Source: Emiliania huxleyi CCMP1516
Lineage: Eukaryota
Reading direction: 5' to 3'
DNA length: 50,162 nucleotides
Assembly (NCBI RefSeq): GCF_000372725.1
Contig: NW_005201191.1
Span: 31,612 to 81,773, forward strand
Within the stretch, counting starts at the first letter, position 1, and each line of letters opens with the position of its first letter. The notes below the pieces were generated by a model. The model ran no database searches. It had not been told where the DNA came from and saw only the letters and a program-made list of their open reading frames with translations. Made by a program: the position numbers and the translations under genes. Below, one piece after another: positions 1 through 11,844 of the stretch.

Positions 1-1332
1 CCGCCACGAGCCGCAGTAGACGGCCCCGGAGACGATGCCGATGATGGCCGCCGCGTAGGGCTCTACCACGCCGCAGGGGCCAGTGATGCCTACGAGCCCC
101 GCCACGATGCCGTTCATGCACCTGGGGAGTGGGGGGGGGGGGGGGGATGGGCGGTGGAGGACGGCACCCGCGCGTCAAACTGTCAGCTGTCGTACTAGCT
201 ACTACGACTGGCTACTAGCAGCTAGGTGGAGCAGCGAGGTGGAGCAGCTAGCACCTAGCTCCCTGTATGTCGCAGTAGCCCACCAGGAACTTCCGCTAAC
301 TACTTTTACTACTGCGACTACCGACCACTACTCATCGCGTCTCACTTGGAGGTGTCGTAGTAGCCCGCCAGGAACTTCTCGAGGAGCAGCACGGAGAGGA
401 TCGAGGCCGACGGCGAGATGGTCGTGTTGACGCAGATGAGGGCCGCCGTTTTCCACATGCCGCCCGTCGTGCCTGCGCGCGGTGCGCAGGCGCTAGGCAT
501 GGCGAGGCTGCGCCGGAGTGCTGCGCGGTGGGCGCGCCGGGCGGCCTGGGCGGGCGTGTGCGTGGCACCGAGCGTGTAGCCGGCGTTGAAGCCAAACCAG
601 CCAAACCAGAGGCAGTAGACGCCGAGCGTCGTGAGGGCGATCGAGTGCCCCTCGATCTGCACCGGCCCCTTGTCCGTGAACCTGCCCGCGCGCGGGCCCA
701 CGACATACGAGCCGACCAGCCCCGCGGCGCCGCCCAGCATGTGCACAATGCCGGAGCCGGCGAAGTCGATCATGCCGTAGCCAAAGGCGGCGTTGTCGCC
801 CCACGCGCACAGCCAGCCGGCGTCGGCCCACAGCCAGTGCAAGGGGACAGCGTAGATGAAGGCGGTGACGAAAAAGGAGTAGATCAGGTAGCCGGCAAAT
901 TGGGTGCGCTCCGCCATGCAGCCGCTCACGGTAGTGGCTGCGGTGGCGGCGAAGGCCCACTGGAAGAAGACGATGTGGTAGTCGTCAATAGCCACGCCCT
1001 GACATGTGCGCCACGAGCGCGGCTGGGAGGGCGAACGGCGGCGGTGCAGGGTTGTGCAGGCGGGCCGCGCATGCCTTGAGAAAGAACTTGTCGTTGCCGG
1101 CGAATTTGTGGTCGGCGCCTCCACCGAAGCCGATGGCGTAGCCGAGGGTGAAGAAAGCCGCGGCGCCGATGGCGGCGTCGCACATGTTCTTCAGAAGGAT
1201 TGAGTGCAAGCTGGTCGAGCGGAGGCAGCCCGCCTCCCACATGGCAAAGCCGGCCTGCTCCCAAAAGACAAGCGCGGTGCACAGGAGCACCCAGGCGACG
1301 TTGATGGCAGATTTCAGGTCCTCATCCTCCAT
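1..1332 (-). CDS. AMT: Ammonium transporter (Amt/Mep/Rh family); at least 4 exons, 3' end runs off the window start
   Basis: Manual splicing with introns 999-1074 (GC-AG), 473-568 (GT-AG) and 122-345 (GT-AG) gives QAGFAMWEAG, FQWAFAATAATTVSGCMAER, DFAGSGIVHMLGG, WFGWFGFNAG and NGIVAGLVGITGPC, all Amt-family motifs. Confidence 0.95.
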
Positions 1333-2531
1333 GGCGCTTTAACGTGCTGCTGTCAGACTCGGTACCTAATCGGACGGAGGCAGTCCTGGGAAAATTCAGC
1401 GCGGAGCGGGCGGCACAGGCCCGGAGCCCTGGCGCGGGCGTGGCGCGGCAGGGCGCGGCGCGGGCGCGGTGGCGCGCAGAGATGCTGGCCGGGGATCGGA
1501 GGGCGGAGGCGCGGCTCGGGCGGCGGCGCGAGCCTCTGCACGCGTCGCGCGGGCGGGGAGGGAGAGGGAGGGGCGAGCGAGGGAGGGGCGGGGGGCGGGC
1601 TCAGCGGTGCGGGGCCCCGGCCCTCGCGCTGGGCGGCGGGCGCGGCAGGGCGCGGCACGCCTCTGCACGGTGCGCTCGTNNNNNNNNNNNNNNNNNNNNN
1701 NNNNNNNNNNNNNNNNNNNNNNNNNNNNNNNNNNNNNNNNNNNNNNNNNNNNNNNNNNNNNNNNNNNNNNNNNNNNNNNNNNNNNNNNNNNNNNNNNNNN
1801 NNNNNNNNNNNNNNNNNNNNNNNNNNNNNNNNNNNNNNNNNNNNNNNNNNNNNNNNNNNNNNNNNNNNNNNNNNNNNNNNNNNNNNNNNNNNNNNNNNNN
1901 NNNNNNNNNNNNNNNNNNNNNNNNNNNNNNNNNNNNNNNNNNNNNNNNNNNNNNNNNNNNNNNNNNNNNNNNNNNNNNNNNNNNNNNNNNNNNNNNNNNN
2001 NNNNNNNNNNNNNNNNNNNNNNNNNNNNNNNNNNNNNNNNNNNNNNNNNNNNNNNNNNNNNNNNNNNNNNNNNNNNNNNNNNNNNNNNNNNNNNNNNNNN
2101 NNNNNNNNNNNNNNNNNNNNNNNNNNNNNNNNNNNNNNNNNNNNNNNNNNNNNNNNNNNNNNNNNNNNNNNNNNNNNNNNNNNNNNNNNNNNNNNNNNNN
2201 NNNNNNNNNNNNNNNNNNNNNNNNNNNNNNNNNNNNNNNNNNNNNNNNNNNNNNNNNNNNNNNNNNNNNNNNNNNNNNNNNNNNNNNNNNNNNNNNNNNN
2301 NNNNNNNNNNNNNNNNNNNNNNNNNNNNNNNNNNNNNNNNNNNNNNNNNNNNNNNNNNNNNNNNNNNNNNNNNNNNNNNNNNNNNNNNNNNNNNTAGTAG
2401 TGTCCCCAGCTATGGGCGTGTGTCCACGTTGGAGCCAGGTGTGGTGTGGACGCGAGAATAGCTCCGCCGTTCGTGGAGGCAACCGATGCGAGTCGACTGG
2501 TGTGTGTCGTCGTGGTTTCGTATCAAGAATA

Positions 2532-3157
2532 CTAACCTGGAAGTGCATTTGCGAGCTGCGACAAGGGCAGCCCGTGCCGCCCCACCTCCCGGCCACCGAC
2601 GTAGAAAAGTGAGGCACCATAAGCGACCGTCGAGACCTCGAGTCCGTACCTCTGCGAGAAGAGCAGCCGGAGCTCGTCGAGTGTGATCTCACGGCCCTCG
2701 TCCACCATGATGTGATCCCACATGGTCCACGTTATGCCCTCCCGACCAAACACATGCCGAGGTGCAGCAAGCGGCGCCGAAAAGGCCAGTAGGGGCAGCG
2801 CGAGATTGACAAAGCCATTTTGGAAGTCGCTGAGCGGCTTGTCTGGCTGAAGTAGCTTCAGAAGCTCCAGCGAGGCGAGGCCGCTCACCGCTGCCGTTGT
2901 GGTTGCAAGGGCGGGCAGTATCTTTCCTGCTATCTGCTTGATCCGGAGGCGAGCAGACTCGGCGATGTCGTAGTTGCGCGCACGCAAGTTGGCCGCAGCG
3001 ACGACGAAACTGACGTGATCGTCATCGTCCTTCTCGTACGCTATTGGTCTGATCGTGCGGCCAGAAATGGATCCTGGCAAAGGCAGGGATTCCCTAAGTG
3101 TGCTGCAAGCCTCATCGTCACCGTCTCCTGTAGCCTGGGCTAATGGCGGTTGATTAG
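2532..3157 (-). pseudogene. UBA1: C-terminal fragment of ubiquitin-activating enzyme E1 (UBA1-like), 5'-truncated
   Basis: PIAYEKDDDDHVSFVVAAANLRARNYDI...IAGKILPALATTTAAVSGLASLELLK...FVNLALP...WTMWD matches the UBA1 C-terminal region. No N-terminal part is present upstream. The apparent stop at 2532 may lie inside an intron (CCAG/GTTAG). Confidence 0.8.
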
Positions 3158-4044
3158 CGACCAAGCGGGCGGTCGAGTCGCGGCGGGTGCAGACCGCCCT
3201 CGCGGGGCTGAGCGAAGTGGGCGCTGACGAAGGGGCTGACGCCGACGGAGCAGTAGACGAGGAGGAGGCGCGGCTGGCGGGGGTGTTGCACGGCTTGAAA
3301 GAGGCGTACCGCGCCAAGGCTCACCAACTCAAGCAGCTCAAGGTGCACGTGGGCGCCTTGCAGGCGAGCTGTGGCGCGGCGCAGTCCGCGTTTGACGCTG
3401 AGTTCCGTGCTTGGTGGGCCTCGATGCGGCATGCCCACGGCATGGCCGCCGAGGATGACGCGCTACGGCGCACAGCCACGCCGCTGCTCGGCGAGGCGCC
3501 ACCGCCGCCGGCCACCGCCAAGGGCAGCGAGATTGGGGATTCGGCCGGCGAGCGGCGCGCGCCCCCGAGCTTGGCACAGCTGCGAGACCCGGAGGCATCT
3601 TTGGCGCTCTTCAGGTCGGAGGTATGGAGCGAGGCGGCGCGGTCGCGGCGCGAGCGCCTCAAAGCGGAGCTCTCCGATGCCGTGTCCCAAGCCAAGGAGA
3701 GCGGCGCGCTCGTTACGCGCAAGCGGGACCAGGTGGCGAGGCTCAAGGAGTCACTTTCTGCTCATCTGGGGGCCGGTGGCAGCGCCGCCGACGAAGAGGC
3801 GATTCGAGCAAGGCTAGACGTGGAGAAGGAGGGGTACCGGGACGAGGTGTCGGCCTTGCGAAGCCTCAAGCGACGCGTCGAGGAGCTTCAGGCGTCGCTC
3901 GATGGTTCTCAGGAGGAGCTCCGAGCCGACTTTGCCGCGTGGCACGCCCCGGCACTTGCGCAGGCGGAGCGGCGCGAGGGCGGCTCGGCCGGAGCCGCGC
4001 GCAGTGGCGCGCCGCCTGGTGCGCCGCGGAGGGCATGGGACTGA
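3157..4044 (+). CDS. Coiled-coil fragment resembling the KIF6/KIF9 (kinesin-9) C-terminal region, 5'-truncated, no motor domain in view
   Basis: Two copies of a DEEE..L...K..YR....L..LK..V..LQ........F..W motif (VDEEEARL...EFRAWW and ADEEAIRARL...DFAAWH), recognised by eye as KIF6/9 tail-like; no ATG start. Confidence 0.55.
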   Translation, partial: ATKRAVESRRVQTALAGLSEVGADEGADADGAVDEEEARLAGVLHGLKEAYRAKAHQLKQLKVHVGALQASCGAAQSAFDAEFRAWWASMRHAHGMAAEDDALRRTATPLLGEAPPPPATAKGSEIGDSAGERRAPPSLAQLRDPEASLALFRSEVWSEAARSRRERLKAELSDAVSQAKESGALVTRKRDQVARLKESLSAHLGAGGSAADEEAIRARLDVEKEGYRDEVSALRSLKRRVEELQASLDGSQEELRADFAAWHAPALAQAERREGGSAGAARSGAPPGAPRRAWD

Positions 4045-4443
4045 CCTAGGAGTAGCACCTCCCTGCACCCTGGGATCAAAATCAAAACTCTTTAAATCAA
4101 CCACGCTCCAACACGGCGACAGCCAGTCCGAAACGACATCCTCAACCCGCACCCGTCGGCCCGTGCACCGACGGTTGGCACCGCATCTCCTGATACCTGA
4201 AGCTCGGGGTGTCACTCTCTTCCAACCAGAACCGCGGACCGCGCCTACCGATCACACGACACACGTCCCCCCACGCGCGGTGACTACTCGTCGCGCGTCG
4301 GCGCATGCCACGCACACGTCGGACCGGCGCCCCCACCCAGCAATCTCTCACACGGAGCTCGCACACGTCCATCAGCCCCATCCTCACATCCTCCTCACAA
4401 CGGCGGAGCGCTCCTCCTCCTCTCACGACGCCCGCCGGCTGCG

Positions 4444-7400
4444 TCACACCCGCGAGTGCGACGACTTGCCGGCCCACGCCGGCCTTCGTTTGCTCGAGCG
4501 GCAGAGGCGCCTGTACAGGACGCACGCGCACAGCCCGAGCATCATCCCCCACCCCGCCCCAAAGACGCCGCGCAGCATCGACAGCGGGTCCGGCTCCGGC
4601 TCCCGCGGCGTCTCGATCCGCCCGTCTGGCGCCGCCGCCGCCGTCGACGACTGCTCGGCTCCAGTGAAGGGGGCCGCCGCGGGGCTCGCCACCTTCCGCT
4701 TCCCCTCCCGCTTCGCCTCCCGCTTCCCCTCCCGCTTCCGCTCGAGCTGCTCGAGCTCGCTGCCGCTCAGCTTTGGGGCCGTCGCTGGCCGCACGCCACG
4801 CCGCAGCTCTGGGTGCGCCACGAGGTGCTCCTCCTCGAGCTTGGCGGCGAGGGCGCGCAGCCGTGTCGCCTCGGCGAGAGCGTCGTCGACGTTGGACGCG
4901 TTGACCACCCCCGCCGTCACAATGTCCGCCGCCATCGGGTGAGGCGTCGTCGTCGTTGGCGTGCCAGCGGCGGCCGAGAGCGGCGTCGGGGGCGGCGTGG
5001 CGGCGGCCGCGGCGGCGGCCGCGGCGGCGGCCGCGGGCAGCTCCGCCGCCGGCGGCGCCAGCTTTGCTGCGGCGATGTGGCTGAGCCGCTTCTCGGCGGC
5101 GGCGGCGGCGTGCTCGTCTGCGGCCCTGGCGTGAGGGTGCTCCTTGTAGTGCGCCTCGTGAGCGGCGCCGCCCTGGGTTCGGGTACCGTGGGGTGGGGGA
5201 GGGTGGGTTCGAGTACCTTGGGGTGGGGGAAGNNNNNNNNNNNNNNNNNNNNNNNNNNNNNNNNNNNNNNNNNNNNNNNNNNNNNNNNNNNNNNNNNNNN
5301 NNNNNNNNNNNNNNNNNNNNNNNNNNNNNNNNAGGGGTCCAAGTTTCTAAAACCACGAGCATAAGAGAGGAGAGAGGTGTCACGGAGGCGTGAGTAAGGA
5401 GGTTGGAGAGTGAATGACGCGGGACTCGGAGTCTAACGAGGTGGGAGAGCAGCCTGTCTTAATTGCACCGATTCTCTGCCAGGAGCGAGTACATTTTGCG
5501 TATGCTGGGGGTGTGTGAAGGCTGAGTTGGAGTCCCGTGGGGTGGGGGAGGGTGGGTTCGGGTACCGTGGGGTAGGGGAGGGTGAGTTCGGGTACCGTGG
5601 GGTGGGGGAGGGTGGGTTCGAGTACCGTGGGGTAGGGGAGGGTGAGTTCGGGTACCGTGGGGGTAGGGGAGCGGCGGCCGCCTGGTTTGCGTCGGAGTAG
5701 AAGAGCTTGATCTCGCCCATCGGCCGCAGCGGCGCCGGCGCGGTGCCGTTAGCGAGCGCGAGCCCGCGCACCCACGCGGGGATGGCGTTGGTGGCGGCGG
5801 GCGGGCACACGTCGCACGAGACAGGGCAGGTGCCCTCCATGAAGCCCGGGTTGGACTTGCACTCGCCACTCGCCGCCCACTTGAGGCACATCTGGTTCTG
5901 GTCGGCGCAAGACTGCTGGCCGGCCTGAGGGAAAGGTCTAGGAAAGGTCTAGGAAAGTTTCTGGTCGGAACAAGACTGCTGGCCGGCCTGAGGGGAGAGG
6001 CAGCCGGGGCCGTGACAACCGCCTTGCGTGCGCCTGCGGCTTTACCGCGCGCCGTGCGCGTGTAGAGATTGCGGCCCAGAGGCAGACGCCACGGAGCGGG
6101 AGAGTGGCGCGCCGGCCAGAGACAGGATCTGCGCGCAGCATCTACAGGCGGCTGGCCGTCTTCCAAGCCGGGCAGGTGACGGCGTCGGTGGGAAGGCCTG
6201 CGTGGTGCAGACGTATGGGCTCACTGGCTAGAGCTCGCACTAGAGGCTGTCATCGCATTCGCCTTCCTGGGACCCAGCGCTGGCTTCTGACTGCCGCCGC
6301 TGTCTCTCCCTTCTCGACTGTCTGTGCTTGTGGGCCTGGGCTTGTGTTTTTGCGTGGAGACGCCGGCATCAGGGCGGGAGGACGGTCGCGTGCAGCGGAC
6401 TCAGAGCACCGCGTGAGTACGAGGGGGGCGACTGCACGACTGCAGTCGAGTCCGTGCCCTCTCGAGCGCCGGCTTGGAGGACAAGAGTGCGTCTTCCGCT
6501 TCTAGGCGGGCAGGCCCATATCTCCCCATATCTCCCCCATATCTCCCCAGATCTCCGCTTCTAGGCGGGCAGGCCCTCGCTGCCGGCGCGGCCGCACCCG
6601 CCCTCGCCCACCGGCCGGTTGTAGTAGTCGCACATTGCGTCGTTGAGCTCGAGAACCGTCTCGGCGCACAAGCGCTCGATGTGCCTACTCACGGCATACG
6701 GTGTGACGAGACGCTGTTCCACAGCTCGACGGCGCGCAGGCACCGGCGCTCAGTGTGCCGCGGCGCGGGCGGGTCGCCGAAGGTCTTGCCGGAGCACGCG
6801 TTTGCGTCGAAGCCGCCAAAGGAGTACTTTGTGAACTTGAAGCTGCCCACCGCGCAGTGTAGCCCGTAGTGGATGATGTACGATTCCTGTGCACACCGCC
6901 ATCTGTGAGTGAGACGCTGTTCACAGGCGCCGAGGGTGTGATCACGCGTGTCACCGACCTGTGACAGGCCCAGTGGTACGGACGGTGGCACCGTGTGTGG
7001 ACCGTGTGTGGCGCCTCGTGTCGGCTCCTCGAGCCATTCGCACGCAGCGTGTGCGTGCGTGTGCGTGTTGGCGCCCGTCCTCCACATGCTAGGAGTGTGT
7101 GCGAGACTTGGCCTGAAGGGTGTGTGTGCGTGTGGCCCGTCCTCCACATGCTGGGAGTGTGTGCAAGACTGGCTGGCTGACCTTTGGGCGCGCGGCGCCC
7201 ACCTCGTCGGGGTAGACGACGACGCCTTCGGTGAGGATGTGGCGCAGCTTCGCCTCCGCCGCCGCAAAGACGTACCCGTACCTGTTCGCAGTGCGTTTGA
7301 AGTGGACGGACGCCGTTGGACGAGCAGAAGAACAAAAGAGGCGGAGGCACATCTCCGAGATCCAAGGCGCCGAGCCGTGGCCAACGTATGCGTCACCGGT

Positions 7401-8192
7401 CAGTATGTCGGCCGGCACCGACAGCTGGCCCGAGTGCTCGTCCTTGATGCTCCAGTACTTTTGCGGGTTGGTGCGCACCTCGATCTCGTAGTGCAGCCAG
7501 CGCGGCGCAATCGTGCGAATGTCGTCAATGTGGAAGAACATGTACCAGCCGCCGGCCGCGTGCCGCTTGCCGTCGGGGCCGGGCGGGTTGTAGTTGTTGA
7601 CGTCGGCGCCCGCGTACTGCACCGCCTCGACGGACGGCAGGAACTGCGCCGGCAGCCCGTTCCTGATGCCCGTGTCGAGGTAGCCGACATGCTCCGAGAC
7701 CACGACTCCCTTCTTGACGCCCATCGCGATGGGGTCGAGGGGCTTGCGCAGCAGCATGTCGGCGTCGATGTAGAGGACGTAGTCGGTGCTCTTCGCCTCC
7801 TCCGAGTGCATCACCCACTCCATGATGGAGCCCGGCTTGTTGTACGAGGGCGACGAGTCCTGCGCGCGTGAGCCGGTCGGCGGGTGCGTCTCCCCCTCGG
7901 GCACGCGCCGCTTGTGCTGGATGCGGCCGTAGTTGCGGTGGACAAAGGTGTTGCCGAGGTTGAGGCCCTTGTACCTCTTGAGCTGCTCCTCATCGCACGC
8001 CAGCAGACGCGTCACGCCGCCAGGCATGCCCGAGAGCCGATGCGACCAATACACGCCGATCGACTTGTAGTCAAAGTTGTTTGTGCATTCGGCGCAAAAG
8101 ACGGTCCAGACGCGAGGCTCCTGAGGCTCGGGAAGCGGAGCCGCGGTGGCGGCGGACAGACTCAGGAGAAGAAGCCGAGTTGGCCGCGGCAT
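4444..8192 (-). CDS. Peptidyl serine alpha-galactosyltransferase-like protein (SGT1/GT96): signal peptide, GT domain, ShKT domain, C-terminal TM helix; about 7 exons, one intron spans a gap
   Basis: VWTVFCAECTNNFDYKSIGVYWSHRLSGMPGGVTRLLAC, SYNKPGSIMEW, YIDADMLLR (DxD), WISEMYGYVFAAAE and IIHYGL are SGT1-like motifs. ShKT CADQNQMCLKWAASGECKSNPGFMEGTCPVSCDVC at ~5807-5910. Introns include 7282-7350, 6887-7181 and 6685-6758. Confidence 0.88.
5175..5670. repeat. 30-bp G-rich minisatellite (GGTACCGTGGGGTGGGGGAGGGTGGGTTCG) inside an intron of the SGT1-like gene, interrupted by a gap
   Basis: About 2 copies at 5175-5231 and 4-5 copies at 5535-5670. Confidence 0.9.
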
Positions 8193-11100
8193 GTCTGTCG
8201 CTGTCGATTGCCAAAGAAAAATCGCCTTCGATACCGGCTCGTGCGACAGCCAGCCGCTCTGGAACAAGGCTCGCGCTGGGCGCGTACGGCCTCAATTCGC
8301 GCCATTCTTCTTTCTGCCTAGCCGCCCTGGACCGGCTGCACGCGTGCGCGAGCGGTGGACCGTTCGCGACGCTCGGCGGCTCCGCCACCGGCTCGCGACG
8401 CCTGCGCTTGGCGCTCAGGCGCGAGAGCGGCACATGTCTCCCTCTCTCGGCGCCGCATCTCGCCGCTTCCGAGGCCCCCACTCGTGCACGCGGAGTCGAG
8501 AGAGCCGTCCCCGCCGCGCAGGTCGTCTCGGGCGCGCGGAGTTTTGCCTCGGTCTTCCGGCGCGCTACTATTTCGAGGACGTGTATGTTGCCCGAGCCGC
8601 CACCGCCGCGTGGCGTGATTCGCCCTCGACGTGCCCGCGGACCGAACTCAATCTCGTTCGGATGGGTGGTGGGGCGAATCGCATTGTGCTCGGCCGAAGC
8701 TCGCGCTAATCTGCCGCGCGAGTGAGCCACGCCCTTTGCGCCGGTCTCCTCGACCAGGAGACCGCGACGCCGCGACGAAGGACCCGCGCTGGCCGAGGAC
8801 AGCGCATCTCGGCCGCTGCTTACGCGTTCTGCTCTTTGACGGCACGGCAGGCTATTCGCCAGCCGACCCGGGGCTGCCGAGCCGCCCTCGGGCTTTCGCA
8901 ACGGACATCACTCGCCCGCTTCTGCGCCCACCACGTCCCTCTCTGAGTCTATGAGCTGGGAGCTTGACGTACTGGGCGCCGGCGACTCGGGAGGCCGGCC
9001 TCCAGGGCGCACACTCACGACTCAGAGAGCGGAATGTCGGCGGTCAGCAGCGAGTCTCAGACCCCGAGACCGGCCGCCTGTCATGTTCATGACTTTCATG
9101 TGACATGTCGTCGGACGTCAGAGACAAAGACTCACGATATAACTGAGAGGCGATAACTGAGACGAACTCGGCCATTTTCAAATGTACTTACATAAACCTT
9201 TCCCGAGCGTCCGGTCATTGCGCACTCTCGACGAATTGGCGCACACGGCGGCGGCTGCGCACTATCCACGAGTGATGTGTCCAGGACGGGATGTGCGAGG
9301 TGTGACAGTGCGAGCGGCCCCGCGCTCTGCCCCTCCCGGTTTGGCAAACTGGCTCCACGGGCAAACGACCCGTCACCGCTCCTCGCAAGCTGCCACACTG
9401 CACCGCACTGGATTCTGTTCGGCAACGCACAAACCTCCACGAGCAGGACTGCATCGCGCCGCATTTTGGCGTGGGAAGCTTCTGGGCAAGGGTGAGAAAA
9501 AGCGCGAGGAAGTACGAGACGGCGAATCAGCCTGGGGGGAATGACGCAGACGGACCGTGTCCGCAGTGTCAAGCAGGCTCGGGCCCAGCACCCCTTCCCA
9601 CTCCAACTGTTTGTGATTTTCGCGAGCGAGCTCATTTTGTCGCCTACGCAACTGCGGCGAGAGAGGTGGAGAGAGCGCGAGGAACTTGACCGGAGCGAGG
9701 CCTCCGACGCGGCCGGTCACTGGCATCGCCTCTCTGGAGCCTCGACGCCGCTCGGCGGCACGGCAGCAGCAGGAGCACCGCCGAGCGCGGCCGCTCGCCG
9801 AGCGCGCCTCCGAGGCCGCCGCGGCAGCCGCGAGCGCGTCGAGGCCGGCTCGTACGCGACGGCGTCGCCCAGCTGGACGGCGCGGACCGGATGGACATCA
9901 AGAGCGGGTCGGGAGGAGGGCTCAGTATCGAGAACTGCAGGGCTGCAGCTGGCGAGCTCGGCGCCCTATGAGCTCGGCCTGTTCCAGCGCTGCACGAGCC
10001 GGAGTGACAGCGCAACCTATCCCTCGTTTGGCTTGTCTGTTTTCTTTCTTTCTTTCAGCGCAAAGCGCCAAGGACGTATTTTCTTGTCAATAACGAGGTC
10101 TGTGAACAGCAGCTCCTGCCTGGCCACGGCGCATACGCCTAGTTGGACCTCAGATCGCCCGACCGCGTCCCGGTGCTCTCCTGCTCGTTCTCAGGGAGGG
10201 GCGTAGTCCCGTTCACACCCTCACTTAGGCATGAGCGCCCGAAACTTAAACGGCGGGCGCTTGACGAACCCGAGGGGGGGGCGGGGGCAGCAACGGCTGC
10301 GGCCCCGAGAGTCGAATCGACAACTCATAGTTCGAACTGGCGACTCATAATGAAACTTGCTGAAATCGCCCTGTGGGGGCGGCAGCGGCGACCGCCCCGG
10401 GGGCGGCAGCGGCGACCGCCCCGGGGAATATGTTTAGCGACTCCCACCCCCAAGGAAGTTCTGATAGACATGTCCAGGACTCTGTGGCTGAAGTAGCGTG
10501 TGCGTCGAAGCCACAAGAGGGCTGGCTACGTCGAAGAAGTGGGGGGGGTGGGGGTTTCGCGTATTTTGTTTTCCTTGAACGGTTGATGAGACTGTGAGAC
10601 GATCGCCGCAAGGGGCGTGAACGCACAAGTGCGTAATGACCGCAAGTGGTCGTGAACACCCCAAGGGGTGTGAAAGTAAATACTCCACTTATTCACAGAT
10701 ACCATACCGCTCGCCGCGCCAAGCCGCGGTCCGGTCGTCCGCCCGGCGGCCAAGCCCAAGGGCGGGGAGGGGGCCACCCGCGCTCGCGCAGCTCTCGTGG
10801 TCGGATTTGTGACGCCGCCGCACCGCGCCGCGGCCGGGGGCCCTCGGAGGCCGAGGATGGCCGTGGCGGACCGGGACGAGCTCTGGGAGGTGAAGTGTCA
10901 GTGAGTACATTGTAGAGACTGACCATGTGCACAATATCTCTCACTCTAGCTAAGCCAGGGGAGGCGATACCGGGGTGCCGTACAGCAGCTCGATATGGTG
11001 CTTCGCCGGCGTGCGTCCCGGCGGAGCGTCCCGGATGGGCGGTCCGGGGGAGGAAAACGACATGGGACAACGTCGACGGCGCCCTGATTCGACTTTTGAC

Positions 11101-11364
11101 TTCAACAAAGACAGTCGCACGCGCCGCAGCGCGGCGCGTGCGCGACTGCCAGGAGGGGAGGAGCGGAGAATGATACGTCTCAGTTGTGTTCGCGCGCCGG
11201 GATCGTGTCCCTCAGCCTCACTACTCGATAGCGGTCCCGCCGTAGCTCGCGCATACCCCTTCACCCTCGCCTCGCTGCTTGGTGTTTCTGAACACGTAGT
11301 CGTCCACGCTGTGGGGGTTGTGTGTGGGTCCTGTGTCTGGGAGGGAGGGAGTGGGGTGCAGGTT

Positions 11365-11506
11365 GCTCACCCACGGCACCGGGCCGGTGCTTGCACTTTG
11401 AATGCCGTGGGGCTCCTGCCCGTGTCCGGGCGTGGAGATGCGAGGGTCGCCCCCCCTTGCCCCACCACTTTTTGTGTGTGGAGACGTTTACCTTACCTTA
11501 CCTTAG
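11365..11506 (+). mobile_element. Copy of a ~140-bp dispersed intron-associated element (GCTCACCCAC..GCACCGGGCC..TTGCACTTTGAA...TGTGTGTGGAGA...CCTTACCTTAG)
   Basis: Aligns by eye with 38661-38814, 40987-41077 and the reverse strand of 44572-44710. Confidence 0.7.
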
Positions 11507-11844
11507 GAAGCTAGGCAGAGGCCGCATCGCGTCAGCTGTATACGTTTTACCCAAAACCGAAACCAAAACACGGATCTCCAAACCAAAAAGGGATGAAATC
11601 CCTTATGGATATAATCGCCAAATTATCTCAGGAACATATAGTGTGAATGCCCGGGAACACTCACAACCAGCTGCAGCTCACAACCTGCACAGACTTTAGG
11701 CCGAGACAGTAGCAGTGCCATGCAGCGGACGAAGCAGGAATGTAGGGCGGGCCCTTAAGCTCACTTATCCACGTTCACCCGACCGGCACGAGGCTCGGCA
11801 CTCGAGCTCGGCGCCACCCCGTGGACCGTGCGTGCCGCCGACAC

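Noticed and set aside
1204..2692. Long ORFs crossing N-runs (also 21919-23457)
   Set aside because: Artefacts of assembly gaps translated as X.
8300..11300. Several 100-270-aa ORFs and a duplicated 24-bp GC hairpin at ~10376-10426
   Set aside because: No family motifs or consistent splice model; ORFs of this size are expected at this GC content.
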